Shown here piece after piece: positions 12,182 through 24,653 of a DNA stretch of 64,000 bases (position 1 is the stretch's first letter; each line of letters opens with the position of its first letter). The DNA comes from Girardia tigrina. Lineage: Eukaryota. Made by a program: the position numbers and the translations under genes. The notes beneath the pieces are model-generated. The model ran no database searches. It saw only the letters and a program-made list of their open reading frames with translations, and had not been told where the DNA came from. The DNA is taken from contig MQRK01193510.1 of assembly GCA_001938485.1 (NCBI GenBank), forward strand, positions 1 to 64,000. Direction: 5' to 3'.

Positions 12182-13390
12182 TTAGGTTGTTCGATATGAA
12201 ACGGGTCAAACTTCACACCTTACATTTCAATCGCGTATAACTTAACTTTGAACTATCGTATGAAAATAAATAAGGTATTTCTTGACAGATANNNNNNNNN
12301 NNNNNNNNNNNNNNNNNNNNNNNNNNNNNNNNNNNNNNNNNNNNNNNNNNNNNNNNNNNNNNNNNNNNNNNNNNNNNNNNNNNNNNNNNNNNNNNNNNNN
12401 NNNNNNNNNNNNNNNNNNNNNNNNNNNNNNNNNNNNNNNNNNNNNNNNNNNNNNNNNNNNNNNNNNNNNNNNNNNNNNNNNNNNNNNNNNNNNNNNNNNN
12501 NNNNNNNNNNNNNNNNNNNNNNNNNNNNNNNNNNNNNNNNNNNNNNNNNNNNNNNNNNNNNNNNNNNNNNNNNNNNNNNNNNNNNNNNNNNNNNNNNNNN
12601 NNNNNNNNNNNNNNNNNNNNNNNNNNNNNNNNNNNNNNNNNNNNNNNNNNNNNNNNNNNNNNNNNNNNNNNNNNNNNNNNNNNNNNNNNNNNNNNNNNNN
12701 NNNNNNNNNNNNNNNNNNNNNNNNNNNNNNNNNNNNNNNNNNNNNNNNNNNNNNNNNNNNNNNNNNNNNNNNNNNNNNNNNNNNNNNNNNNNNNNNNNNN
12801 NNNNNNNNNNNNNNNNNNNNNNNNNNNNNNNNNNNNNNNNNNNNNNNNNNNNNNNNNNNNNNNNNNNNNNNNNNNNNNNNNNNNNNNNNNNNNNNNNNNN
12901 NNNNNNNNNNNNNNNNNNNNNNNNNNNNNNNNNNNNNNNNNNNNNNNNNNNNNNNNNNNNNNNNNNNNNNNNNNNNNNNNNNNNNNNNNNNNNNNNNNNN
13001 NNNNNNNNNNNNNNNNNNNNNNNNNNNNNNNNNNNNNNNNNNNNNNNNNNNNNNNNNNNNNNNNNNNNNNNNNNNNNNNNNNNNNNNNNNNNNNNNNNNN
13101 NNNNNNNNNNNNNNNNNNNNNNNNNNNNNNNNNNNNNNNNNNNNNNNNNNNNNNNNNNNNNNNNNNNNNNNNNNNNNNNNNNNNNNNNNNNNNNNNNNNN
13201 NNNNNNNNNNNNNNNNNNNNNNNNNNNNNNNNNNNNNNNNNNNNNNNNNNNNNNNNNNNNNNNNNNNNNNNNNNNNNNNTGTGTTGACAACATGGGGGGA
13301 TATTTTGATTAAAAATAAAATGTTATTATTTAAAAAAAATCGATTTACATTTTACTTTAATTTTGACCCGTTTCATATCGAACAACCTAA
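12182..13390 (+). mobile_element. Young mariner element; interior lost in an assembly gap
   Basis: Perfect 29-bp TIRs TTAGGTTGTTCGATATGAAACGGGTCAAA flanked by TA. Transposase C-terminus CVDNMGGYFD* follows the gap. About 1.2 kb long. Confidence 0.9.
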
Positions 13391-15149
13391 TACAATGATT
13401 GAATAAGAGCAAATATACCATCAAATATCATTATATCAGGAAACACTATAGACAGGCCACTGATACTACTATTTCAGAATCTATCGAAACACTGGAAAGG
13501 ATGAAAGAACATCTTTGCCCAAGAAAATTCTCGAATAGCCATTCATAGTTGAATTGCATTTCATTACATAAATTAATGGATTTTAACATAAGTGTATTAA
13601 GAGACTAAATTACGCCAAATAAAAATCTGTGAAATGCATTATTTATTAATTACTGCACAAAGTTTCCAAAGATGAATTATAAAATTGGAACATAGATTTA
13701 TGAATTATTTGTTTTATTATAGTAATTATTTTAATTTACAAAAAATTATTCAAAAACATGTTTTTATATAGTCGAAGAAAGAAAAAAGCATATTTAATTA
13801 GTCTAATAATGTTTTGTAGAAATTAATTTTTATAATAATTGTGTTTGGAATTTAATTTAATTTTATTTGTATTTTTATTATTGTTTTTGTTAGTCAAAAA
13901 AATCATAAATCCATTATATGTGCCGAGTATTATCATGTATATGTTTGGGGACAAATTCGATGCTTGAAATGTCTCCATTGGTTGACCAATCAGAGCGAGT
14001 TTTGTGAAAGACAGTAATCACTAAAATCTCTATTGTTGACTTTAAATGCATGAATTTTTGTATAAATTACGTATAATTTTATGAAATATAAATTTATTTG
14101 AAATTGTACGAATTAATGAATGAAAATATATTTTAAATCGAACGAGTTGGTTTAGTTTTGATTTTATTTGCGAATTCAAATATTTTTTCCGATTGAGTAG
14201 AGTTTTTGATTTGAATAAACATTTGTACAAAATATATTTTTCATTTTGTTCTGATTCTCTTTGAGACTGAAATATGAATTCTGTTTGATTTGAATTGATA
14301 ATTTCTAAAAAATAAGTAATGATCAATCTAAATAATAAATTTAATTGGGCCCTGCACGATGACAAAACGTCCGTGTTTCGATCGCACCACCACTGTATCT
14401 TTGGAGCAGTCTAATGGGACAATTTGTAAAAAGAAAATAATTAATATTAATTAATACTAATTTTTATTGTAAAATAAATTATTTAAGTTAGAAAATTTAA
14501 CATAATATAAAAAACAATTAATTATCATAAACAATTTTAGTTTTTGTTTTATTAGTTATTGAAATATTTAAATAAAAAAAATATATTTTTTATAGTAAAA
14601 AACATTGTTTTGAAAACAAATTATCATTTTTAAATATCTTATATGAAATGCTTTTCGGTATTTTCTTTAGAAAATTATATAAATAATTAATGTTTCCAAT
14701 AAAATAATTTTTAATTAAATTGATTAAATGAACATCTACAAATTATTTTATCGTGAAAATATATATATGAAAATATTAAAATATTAGTATTTTTAAATAA
14801 ATATTTTTTAGTGTTTTAAGTTATTTCCATACAATTAGAATTTTGATCAGTATTCTGTGTTGGATACAGACTCCTTTTTCGTTTTATTTTGTTAATTTTA
14901 AACTTTTGTTCTATCAATGGACGATCCACCTTGTTGATGTTCTGATGTGAACAAAACATGTTGTGAATTGTGAAATATTTAATTTCATTCCACACAATTA
15001 TGAATTGTAATATTGATGATATTTAATAAAATGATAATTTTAGAGACCTATAAATTAAATTAAATAGAATTTTTATAATAATATTAATGTGAAAGTTTGT
15101 TTATTTTTAAAACTTTATCTTCTGAAACATCTTTTGATTGATTGAGAAA

Positions 15150-15965
15150 GAAAGAAAAAAGCAGTGATAACCTTTTTCAATGAGATGATAATTGAGAAAG
15201 ATATACCTTTTAAGGATGTTTATTTGACTTGTCAATGCTCTCGTGTCACATATGAATCAACCATATAGACACGTTTGATTGATACGTCTACACATAGCTT
15301 AAAAAATATTAATTAAATAATGATAATAATTCAGTGGAACTGAAAGAAACATGAACATTTGAAGCTCGATGTGAAGAAACTGAAAGTTTTTTACAAGGAC
15401 TTATTTTCGGAATCTTAACGTTCTCATAAATTTTAGCTCAAAATTATGTATACAACAAATATCGTTGTACATCGAAGATAGGATTTATTTGTTTAGGAAA
15501 GGTAATCAAAGAGAAGCAACCCATCACCATAGAATTCTGTAAATAAGTTATAACTTTCTCCAAATACAGTGTTTTTACCACATATTCATTCAAAACTAGA
15601 ATTTATCAAGCATTTTGTATTAGCTTTACATAAGCAAGACATATGTTTCCAATGGGTTTGCTTAGAGCTTTCAGTTGAAAGTTAAACTAAACTTAAGGAT
15701 GGTGTTTTTGATTGTACTTAAATTCGAAAGGTTATAAGAGATAAGGAAACTGTTGCAGTTATGTCGGCAAAAGAAAAATTAATATGGATGGCACATAAAT
15801 TAACAGCTAAATGCTTCTCGGGAAACCATTATTCCATTAATTACAAAATATAAATTGACAACATCAGTGATAATATTGAACAATATCAGCAAGAAGTCAA
15901 GAAAAATAAAAATTGGTATCAAGATCAATGGAATGTAGCAATGATGGCTTATTACTCTTAGTTAT
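15150..15965 (+). mobile_element. Chapaev3-like (CMC superfamily) transposase relic
   Basis: Degenerate motifs recognisable as 'IKL..IKHFVLAL', 'KLKDGVFD..IRKVIRD', 'FSGNH', 'ISD..EQYQQE...WYQDQWNVAMMAYY' (family consensus VSDE.GERFHQ..RYQG.W...M.DYCW). Confidence 0.6.
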
Positions 15966-16529
15966 TTTCCAGGCGCATTCCTTCAGTGTTACTACGTTTC
16001 ATCCATCCAAAACTTTACAACTGATTGTCTTGTTTTCTGAGGACTATACAAACGAAAATTCTCATTTTTGTTACATATTCTCCCCCTTTTGATATTCATT
16101 TTCTAACAGGATAAATATACAATATTTAATAACTTATTTCATTTGATTTGATATATAAATTAATAACGAATTTAGAAAGAGAACCTATGAAGAAGGTATA
16201 TTTGCACAAAAATCATACAATGGTTTTTCAATTGCTCCTGCTGAGCTCAATGATTTAAAAATAAAACGAAATTTATTTAATATAATATTAACATTTCAAT
16301 ATTAAATTAATATTAGGTTTTGTCCATGTTATGTTCCACATACGATGTTCCACTCGTATGTTGCGCACAAATTGGTAAATAAAGTAGTTAAAACTCAAGA
16401 TCTCCATATACCCTTGCGAGCTCTAATAGTCTAAAAGTTTGTTTCATTGAAAACAGTGTTTAAGTTTTTAAAAAGAATAATTATTCTAGTGCTATTCTGT
16501 TTTTATATAATTTAATTTTATCAGTTTAT

Positions 16530-18480
16530 GGATGCACTGATGGTGCAAGGTCTGATCCGAATAATTATAGAGGGATCTTCCTCTTAGAAGTCACCGGCAA
16601 ATTTTTTTTTGCACGAATAATCGTACATAGAAATAAGCAGGTGATGAAAGAAAGGTTAGACCCTTGGCAGTTTGGTTTTTGGACAAAAAGAGGTACTATG
16701 CAAGCTATAAGTATACTCAGGCTGATACAGGAAGGAGGTTTATATATGAACCAGAAGGTATTTGTGATATTCATTGATTTTGAAAAGGCATTTGATAGTG
16801 TCCAACGTGAAGTTCTGTGAACCTGCCTGAAATGATTCGGCTTGACGGACAAGATTTTCGACATGATCAAGGAATTTCGTGAGAGCTTCTTTGCCTCTGT
16901 GGGGCATTGTGAGTTTCTCATGGAAAGAGGTGTCAGACAGGGATATGTAAATAGACCCTGTCTTTTTAACTTGGTCTTCGATGAAGTCATCAAAACGGCG
17001 ATACTGAAAGAATTCGGGGGAGGAATTACCCTGATCGACGAGCATGGTGACGAATTTCAAGTCAATAGACTTGCTTATGCAGATGATATATGTATTAGTG
17101 ACTCTGATATAGATCGTGCTGTAAAAACTTGAATATACTTAGAAGCACATTTTCAGAATTTTGGTCGACTTTTAGTGCATCTAAGACGAAAGTCATGTAC
17201 CTAACTGATGACTCGGGGACTTGAATATCGCAAGTGATGTCTGGTGAAAAATTAATAGAATGGGTGAGCGAGTTCTGTTACCTAGGCAGTATATTGACCC
17301 AATGTGGTAGCTGCAGTCGGGATATCGGTCAGTGGTTGCGTTGTGGAATGAGTAAGTTACGAGAATTGCAGCCTGCGATTCAAAGTAACCGAGTTCCTAT
17401 AGCGCTGCAAAGAAGACTAATCGAATCAAGCATTTTTTCAGGCAGTGTATTATTGGAGTGAGTGATGGGCAACACCTGAAAAAGAGGTAGCCTGGCAACA
17501 GATTTTTCATAATACCTGCACACGCACTGCTCTTGATAAAACTAAACTTGACAGAATACGTAATACGGATATGTCAATTAGTTTAACCGAGGTTCGTGCG
17601 GTACTGGTGAAATGACGTATTGTATTCTTTGAGTACAATAGACGAAAAGGTGTACATAAGGTTAAAAGGGTATTAAACTCTGAAATGGCCTCAGGAAATA
17701 GAAAGGTCAGCTGTCGTAAAAAGCAGTTGATGAAAGAGCGTATCGCCCGTGATAAGCTCTGGTTATTTGGTGGCCAAGAAGATCTGGTCGAATACCAGAA
17801 TGCTTTAATGAGTGAGAAATTCTCGACACTGACGAGAAATTCAAACTCCTAATCAAAGGAACTGTGTCTGATAAATTGACAGAAGTGATTGAACAAGGAA
17901 AAATGTTCCCGAAAATGCTCCAATCGCGTATCAAAAGAGTGCAATGCATGTATCCTTCTTGTTTCAAGTCTTTTGCAGAACAGAAGGAACTAAGACACAT
18001 CAAAAACACGCATACGGTCATGACTTCACAGAAACAGAATGGTGACAAACTATTCCAGTGTCCCATGGAAAATTATCACAAGACGTATAAAACAGATGGA
18101 TGGTTAAAGCAACATTTATTGATCGATCACCGAACTCAAGGCAGTACCAGTGGTACTAGTGCTTCACAAAAAAACGTATATAAATAAAATGTACGTACAA
18201 AATCTTCGAACCCAATCGCAATGCATGATGTGTCAGTGCCCCTCGACGGTACCGCGAAGACGGACTCAGGAGTAATTCCAAGGGTGGTTCTCGACTTGCG
18301 ATTAAGTAATACAAATGATGTGGGGATATTTCGGTTTCCCTTTACTCATTGTACGAAACGTGTTTACGCAGCCAAAGCTCTACAGAATCACGTTACGAGG
18401 GATCATGGCTGGTCCTTTCTGACTAGGAAACCGAAGCGTGCCCGTGCACTGAAAGCTCGCATTCTTGCATCTTAAGCCGT
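16530..18480 (+). mobile_element. LINE copy C (same family as A and B): RT and three C-terminal C2H2 fingers, degenerate
   Basis: 'DPNNYRGIFLLEV', 'FIDFEKAFDSVQR', 'GVRQGYV', 'LAYADDIC', 'FCYLGS'. Fingers CMYPSCFKSF..ELRHIKNTH, FQCPMENYHKTYKTDGWLKQHLLIDH and GIFRFPFTHC..LQNHVTRDHGWSFLTRKP. Confidence 0.9.
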
Positions 18481-18634
18481 GCAAGAAAGTCAATAGGCTC
18501 TGTATTGTCTAATTATTTATCGTTTTTTTACTTTGATTGTGACATAAATAAAAAGAGGAAAATTCAGATAATGATCAATCAAAATAATGTACAATGAGCC
18601 CAGCATGAAATGTCCTAGCATCAAAACCGCTGTG

Positions 18635-18693
18635 CCTCTGCTACCACTGCCCGGTCCTCGGGGCGATCTGGAAATCGGATGGAACAATAATAA
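18635..18693 (+). repeat. Dispersed GC-rich stem-loop element with (TAA)n-like tail, copy 1
   Basis: cctctgctac..ccggtcctcggggcgatctggaaatcggatggaacaataataa, homologous to 24602-24653 (+) and 48842-48897 (-). Confidence 0.7.
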
Positions 18694-19370
18694 TTTTACA
18701 TAAATATAATAAACAAATGAAATTATATGGAAATAATAAAAGTAATAACTCTGACATTGTATAATGATGTATTACTATTGAAAAATATAAATTAGGTCCT
18801 ATTACCGACGATACTTACTAATCAAATATTAATATAAAAATTTTCAAATTAATTTATAAGATATTTCTTTATTTGTAATATGATTTTCGTATACAAACAA
18901 CATTAATGACGAAAAGCTGCAAAATCTCACAAATTTGGCCTTTTAAGAAATTAGCATAATTTTTCGGTTAAAAAGTATTATCTTCTTAAATTCTTACTTT
19001 GTTTAGCTGATAATTTCCAGAGCAACCTAATCTTTTCAAGATCTAATCTGATAAATCTTACTTAAACAACAATTAGAACAAAAAAATGAAAAGATTGATA
19101 TTTATCTTCATTTATATAAATAAATTATCATTATGTTTTATGAAAAAGAATGGAAAGAAATTGTGAAAAACCTCCTAAAAATAAAATTATTTTACTGTAA
19201 TAATTGTAATAAAATAAATAAATAATTTTCTTTTTTAAAATAAATTTATAAAAAAGTAACATGATAACTAACAAATATTATGATGATGAGGAAAAAAGAA
19301 TTTCAGAAATATGAACAATAATCAATTTCCTAAAAAAGCTTTAACAAAATTGTTTTTCAAAAGTATATTA

Positions 19371-21050
19371 CAGTAGCGTGTAAAAGTCTGTGGACAATAC
19401 AAAAACCACAATTTTCACAATTACACCATGAGTTCAAAAGTGGGCATACTTAAACTTTGACCAGGTATGTAATTTTTTACGCAAAATAATTCTTTTTTTT
19501 AATTTTTGTAATATTTTTATGACTAATATTCGATTCTACAATTTTAATAACAAGTCTGTGGACAATTTATAAAATTCATAGTTTAAATAAGGTAAAAGCG
19601 AATTATATTTAGGTATTAATTTTAAGTATTTATCAAATAAAAGACCTCATGTCAGTAAATGTCAGAAGATATCAAAAAAATTGCTTGCTAGTGTTTATCT
19701 TATAGGGAAAAAAATCTTATAGAGACATTGCATCGCTTTATAATGTAAGCAAATCTGTAGTCTTGCCAAGAGAAACAATCAGCATCATACCATAGACAAC
19801 AAGTCACGAAGGGGAAGACCAAGAGACTAAAGATGATATAATTCTTACAAGATTATTGAAATCGTATTCTCAAAAGAATGCTGTTGAATGGAATTAAATA
19901 ATGATAACGAACTATAATGTTAAGTGTAGTCTTGATACTACAAAATGTCGTCTTTTGAAAGCAAATTTATTTTGTCGTCGACCATTAAAAAAATTTTTGA
20001 TCTCGGTAAATAATCGATATGCCTGAGTCAAGTGTGCAAATAAATATCATAATTGGACCTCCAAAAATAGTTCTTTTTCCAAGGAATCGAATTTCATGAT
20101 CTTCGAGAGTGATAGAATTAAGTATGTAAGACATCCTGTGGGTAAAGTATTTGATCAAAAATATCAGCTCTCTATGATTAATCATGGAGTTGGGCATTTG
20201 TTGGTTTGAGTGCCCTTACATTGATGACATTTATGTACAAAGATATCATTGGTTCATCAATCGTAGAACCAGAATTAGAACTCATGTGCCCAAATAAAAT
20301 AACGATAATCAGTTAAACCGAATATAAATTACCACAACACCTTCAATAACAATAAAACCAAAATCGATTATAAATTTTTATTTTCACAATAAACGCTTTT
20401 TTTTAATTTTCCGCTTCCAATCCCAATAATTGTCACTTATTAAAACAACATTAATTCTTACTAATTAATTTTCTTTTTAATCTTCTGAGGAACTTTTATT
20501 GGTAATGATAAACTTGAACTTCAAAATTTCTTTTTATAGTTTTATAAATTTAATGATTTAAGTAATAATTTAGTTTTCAGGATATTCTGCAGTAATAACC
20601 TAATTTTCTTCGGGTCATAATTTCTTATTAAATTCAAACATTTCTATTCTGTCGAATCAACCCTAACGGGTATTAAAATGTTACTTTTTGCAAAAGATAA
20701 AATTTCAGGAGGTTTGGTATTTCAACAGGATAATGATCTAAATCACAATTCCAAGACAATACGAGCTCTACAAAAATATTCAAGAAATTTGGAGAAGTGA
20801 TGTGATAAACAAATTAGTCGACTCAATGAGTGATCGTTGTAAAGCAGTTTTAGCTTCGAAAGGTTATGCAACAAAATAATAATAAAATTTACAATTTCTA
20901 TCAGTTCTTGTCAAACATTTTTGCTTTTTTATTAAAATTGGAATTGTCCAGAAACTTTTGGTCAAAATTTAGGCATGCCACCTTTTTATCTTTTGGCTTA
21001 TTTTTGAAAATATTGATTTTTTACTGTCCACACACTTTGACATACTGCTG
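19371..21050 (+). mobile_element. Degenerate Tc1-like transposon with IR/DR-type ends
   Basis: TIRs CAGTAGCGTGTAAAAGTCTGTGGACA / CAGCAGTATGTCAAAGTGTGTGGACA (reverse complement). Inner repeat AAGTCTGTGGACAA at ~19552. Relic motifs 'FSKESNF' and 'FQQDND'. About 20250-20690 looks like an unrelated insert. Confidence 0.75.
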
Positions 21051-21253
21051 TTTATTTGTTCCAATTAAAAATAGGGAATGACATATAAATTTGTTGTCGA
21101 ACGTGTCATAACTTAACCTTTTCAACATTCTATCAAAATTGTATTTGTTATTTTTTATTTGGAATATATATTTTATTNNNNNNNNNNNNNNNNNNNNNNN
21201 NNNNNNNNNNNNNNNNNNNNNNNNNNNNNNNNNNNNNNNNNNNNNNNNNNNNN

Positions 21254-21295
<42 letters not shown>

Positions 21296-22285
21296 ATGTA
21301 TTTATAAAAGTAAATTATTAAAAATTTATATTTATTTTAACAAAACATTTCAAAGTTTATGAATCAAATTGAAGTACGGCGGCCAAATAAAATCTCCAAT
21401 AATTAAAAATGTCGATCCTCAACCATCTGCGACGAGCTTAACGTTTTCGCCATTTGTAAAAAAACCGTTATTTAATTTTATATGTAAATATCTAAAATAA
21501 ATATTTAATTTTCAATTTTAGTAAATTAGAGGAATTTTCTTTCTTTACTCATGTGACTAATTAATGTTTAAAAATATTTATTTTATAAATTTAGTGATAC
21601 TAAATTTTATTATATAAAAATAATAATTTATTCATTGATAAATATTAGAATTATTTTCGATTACGATTTCAAAAATAATTTAACCTTTTTGGTTTAAATA
21701 TTTTTATCAGTGAACTTAATTTTCTCTTATAAAAATAACTCAACAGAAATTATTTAAATTGTAAAGGGCATTTAAGTTCGGAATAAATTTGGAAGTATTT
21801 TGGGTACAAATTTCGAGAAACTTGGTTTTTACATTATGTTATATTATGTTATATCTGATCTATTAATAATTATAGTAATTAAGGTACTTTGATAGTAGAT
21901 GCTGTTGCTAATGATCTTATAAGCTTTCTCAATTTTTCTAGGTAATAAGATAGACTAAATAGGCATCTTTACAAAAGGAATGTATGGTTTATTTTATAAG
22001 AGATGTTTAAAGTTTCATACAAAAAGTAATCCTTATTCGTGCTAACTAATCTCATTACTTTCTATAATATCGTTTTAATTATATATTTTTAAAATATTCT
22101 AATTTGGTTTTCCTAATCTCGTTTCTTGTAAAAGAGTTGATCTAAATCTTTTATGCTTGAAATTGCTTATTTTTCAAAATGAAACCATTTGAACATTTTA
22201 CTTTATTCTCAATCTCATGTAATCTCAATTTTATAAAATTTTCTTTTGAATATCATTTCATTCTTTGAGCAATAATTTCTGAATG

Positions 22286-23538
22286 TATTAGATTTTTGCA
22301 AAAGCAATACGGATTTTTGAACCTAAACTTTAAACAAATGTAAATTAGCGCAGAATAAACTTTATTAATCGAAATAAAAGCAATCAGAATTAATACATTT
22401 TTATCAACGAGAAACAAGTTTATTGGTGCCCCTAGTGTAGAATTCCTCAGTTCTGGATGCAATAAAAGCGGTAAAGGTATCTTTGGCGTCGTCTTGGTTT
22501 TTGAAGCATTTTTCCGGAAGGAAATTGTCCAGATGCTTGAAAAAATGGTAATCGGTAGGCGAGAGGTCCGATGAGTAGAGTGGATAGAGAGTAACTTTTG
22601 TAGCCCAATTTGACTAGCTTTTGCAGAGTTGATTTTGTGATGTGTGGCTGAGTGTTGTCATGGAGGAGAATTGGTTCATTCATATTTACCAATCTTGAGC
22701 ACATACGTTGGAGTTCGTCATGCATTTTGTAAATTATGTGGCAGTACTTTTCTGCGGTGATCGTTTCACCAGTATTCAGAAAGCTGAGATGGAAAAGACT
22801 GGCTGCAGACCACCCAACAGTCACCATAACCTTATTTTGGTGGAGTTTCGGTTTCGGAAAGTGGTGAGGAACCTCATCGCTGTCCAACCATTTTACTAAA
22901 CACCGCCAATTGTCGAAGAGAATCCGATTCTCATCACACGTTACAATCCGATCGAGAAAGGGGTCGTTCTTGTTGCACAGAAGAAGCGCGTAAGACACCT
23001 CAAAACGACGATTTTTTTCTTTCATTCAATTTGTGAGGCACCTATTTATCGAGCTTTTGTGACTTTCCAATTTGTGCCAAGCGATATTTGAGGGATCAGT
23101 GTTTAGCTCTTCTGTGAGTGATCAAACGGTTGTGCGTTAATCGGCTTCCACCAGCTCTTTCAATTCATCGTAGTAAATCGTCGACGGGCGTCTACCATGA
23201 GGCTCAACTTCCAGGCTGGTATTGCCAGAGGTGTACCGTGCATTCGTTGACACTTCCCTTGCCCTAAATGTCGTTGATGTTTCAAGTGATTATTGCTGAA
23301 TTACATCCTAGGTTGAACTCGTAGATGTAAAATAAAAATCACGTTTTTACATCTGGAATTAAAATCGAAATTAATAACAAAAGAAACATTATAATAAGTT
23401 TTAGACAAATATATCTGAAAGAGTATAAATTTTGAATGACTTTTGAATGACTCATAACATCACAAATGCTTTAGTCGTATAACATTCCGGTAAATACAAA
23501 AAATCAGAAACCGGAATTCTTTTTGCAACAACCTAATA
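22286..23538 (-). mobile_element. Degenerate full-length mariner
   Basis: ORF 22447-23025 has 'FLDRIVTCDE', 'KVMVTVGW' and 'ILLHDNTQPH', with shifted 'DLSPTDYHFFKHL'. Diverged TIRs TATTAG(A/G)TT..TGCAAAA at both ends. Confidence 0.88.
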
Positions 23539-24601
23539 AGAATATTTGTATTGATTTTTGTTGTCAGAAAAGCATTATCTGATCTATTTATGTTTCATTT
23601 AAAAATAATAAATGTCCTTCACGCAATATATAGTGGTGGAATCTCAAACAAATGAACCCTATTGACTACACGTTAGGCAATTGATGATTCTAAATAGAAC
23701 CATTTTTATTATAGATTATGTGCATAAAGTCTTTTAAGTTTCGAGATCCAAAAAGTAGAAATATTTGATTATTTCTTTTTTTATTTTTAATAATTAAATA
23801 TGAAATTTTAGTTTAAACATCATTCCCCAGTAATACCGTTGTTTTATTCTAAAGTTGCTATTTTAAAAAAAGTTTAAAGGTTTATAAATAAAATAAATAC
23901 GCATTTAACAGCAAAGAACGTTGTTGGTTATCTTAGAAAGAATTTCTATCTCTGATGGAAAACGTTAGACCAGCATTGGTGATTCTTAAAATTCCTTTTG
24001 AGGTCGTTTAATTACAAATACTTGTTTACTGAATCCAGAGAGGATATGATCGCCCTATATCTTTTAAAAAACAGAATTAGAAGCTTCTAGTTTCGGAAAA
24101 CATTATTTCTGTCAGAGCCTGTATTTATTTTTTATAGGTTCATGTTTTCACTAAAGTAATCATTTCTCGAACGCGACATTTTACTTTTCTGAGTCCTAAG
24201 TTATTCTGTCACAAAAACCATTTTTCGTTATTTTAATTCTTCACAATTTTTCTAAAACTTGTGGAAAACTCTAAAACTCTTCATTGTTTAATAAAATAAT
24301 AATTTCTTAAAATATAATGCTTATTCCCATGTATTAGAAACTATGTTCTGCGTATTATTTATTGTAATGGTTAAACATTAATCTTAAATAATAATAAAAA
24401 GATTTTTGTGATAAAGACAATATTGTATTTAAATTGAAAACAAGATGATGATCATTATTATTTCTTTGGATTTTCGATTAAAAGAAATAATATTTCCCTC
24501 TTGAGTTTTTATTTGGTCTAATTTCAAAGACAAACTCTAATAATAAACTATAATCAAACTGGCCCCGAACATCGAGTCCGAGTTCCTTATTCTTATGCGC
24601 A

Positions 24602-24653
24602 CCTCTGCTACAATCTTCCGGTCTTTGGGGCAACCTGGGGATCGGGCGGAACA
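24602..24653 (+). repeat. Dispersed GC-rich stem-loop element, copy 2
   Basis: CCGGTC-TTTGGG-GCAA-CCTGGG-GATCGG hairpin, homologous to the copies at 18635 and 48842. Confidence 0.7.

Noticed and set aside
12248-13406. Long ORFs of 320-374 aa in the ORF track here and at 29817-30905
   Set aside because: They consist almost entirely of X from N gaps. Only the short mariner C-termini are real.
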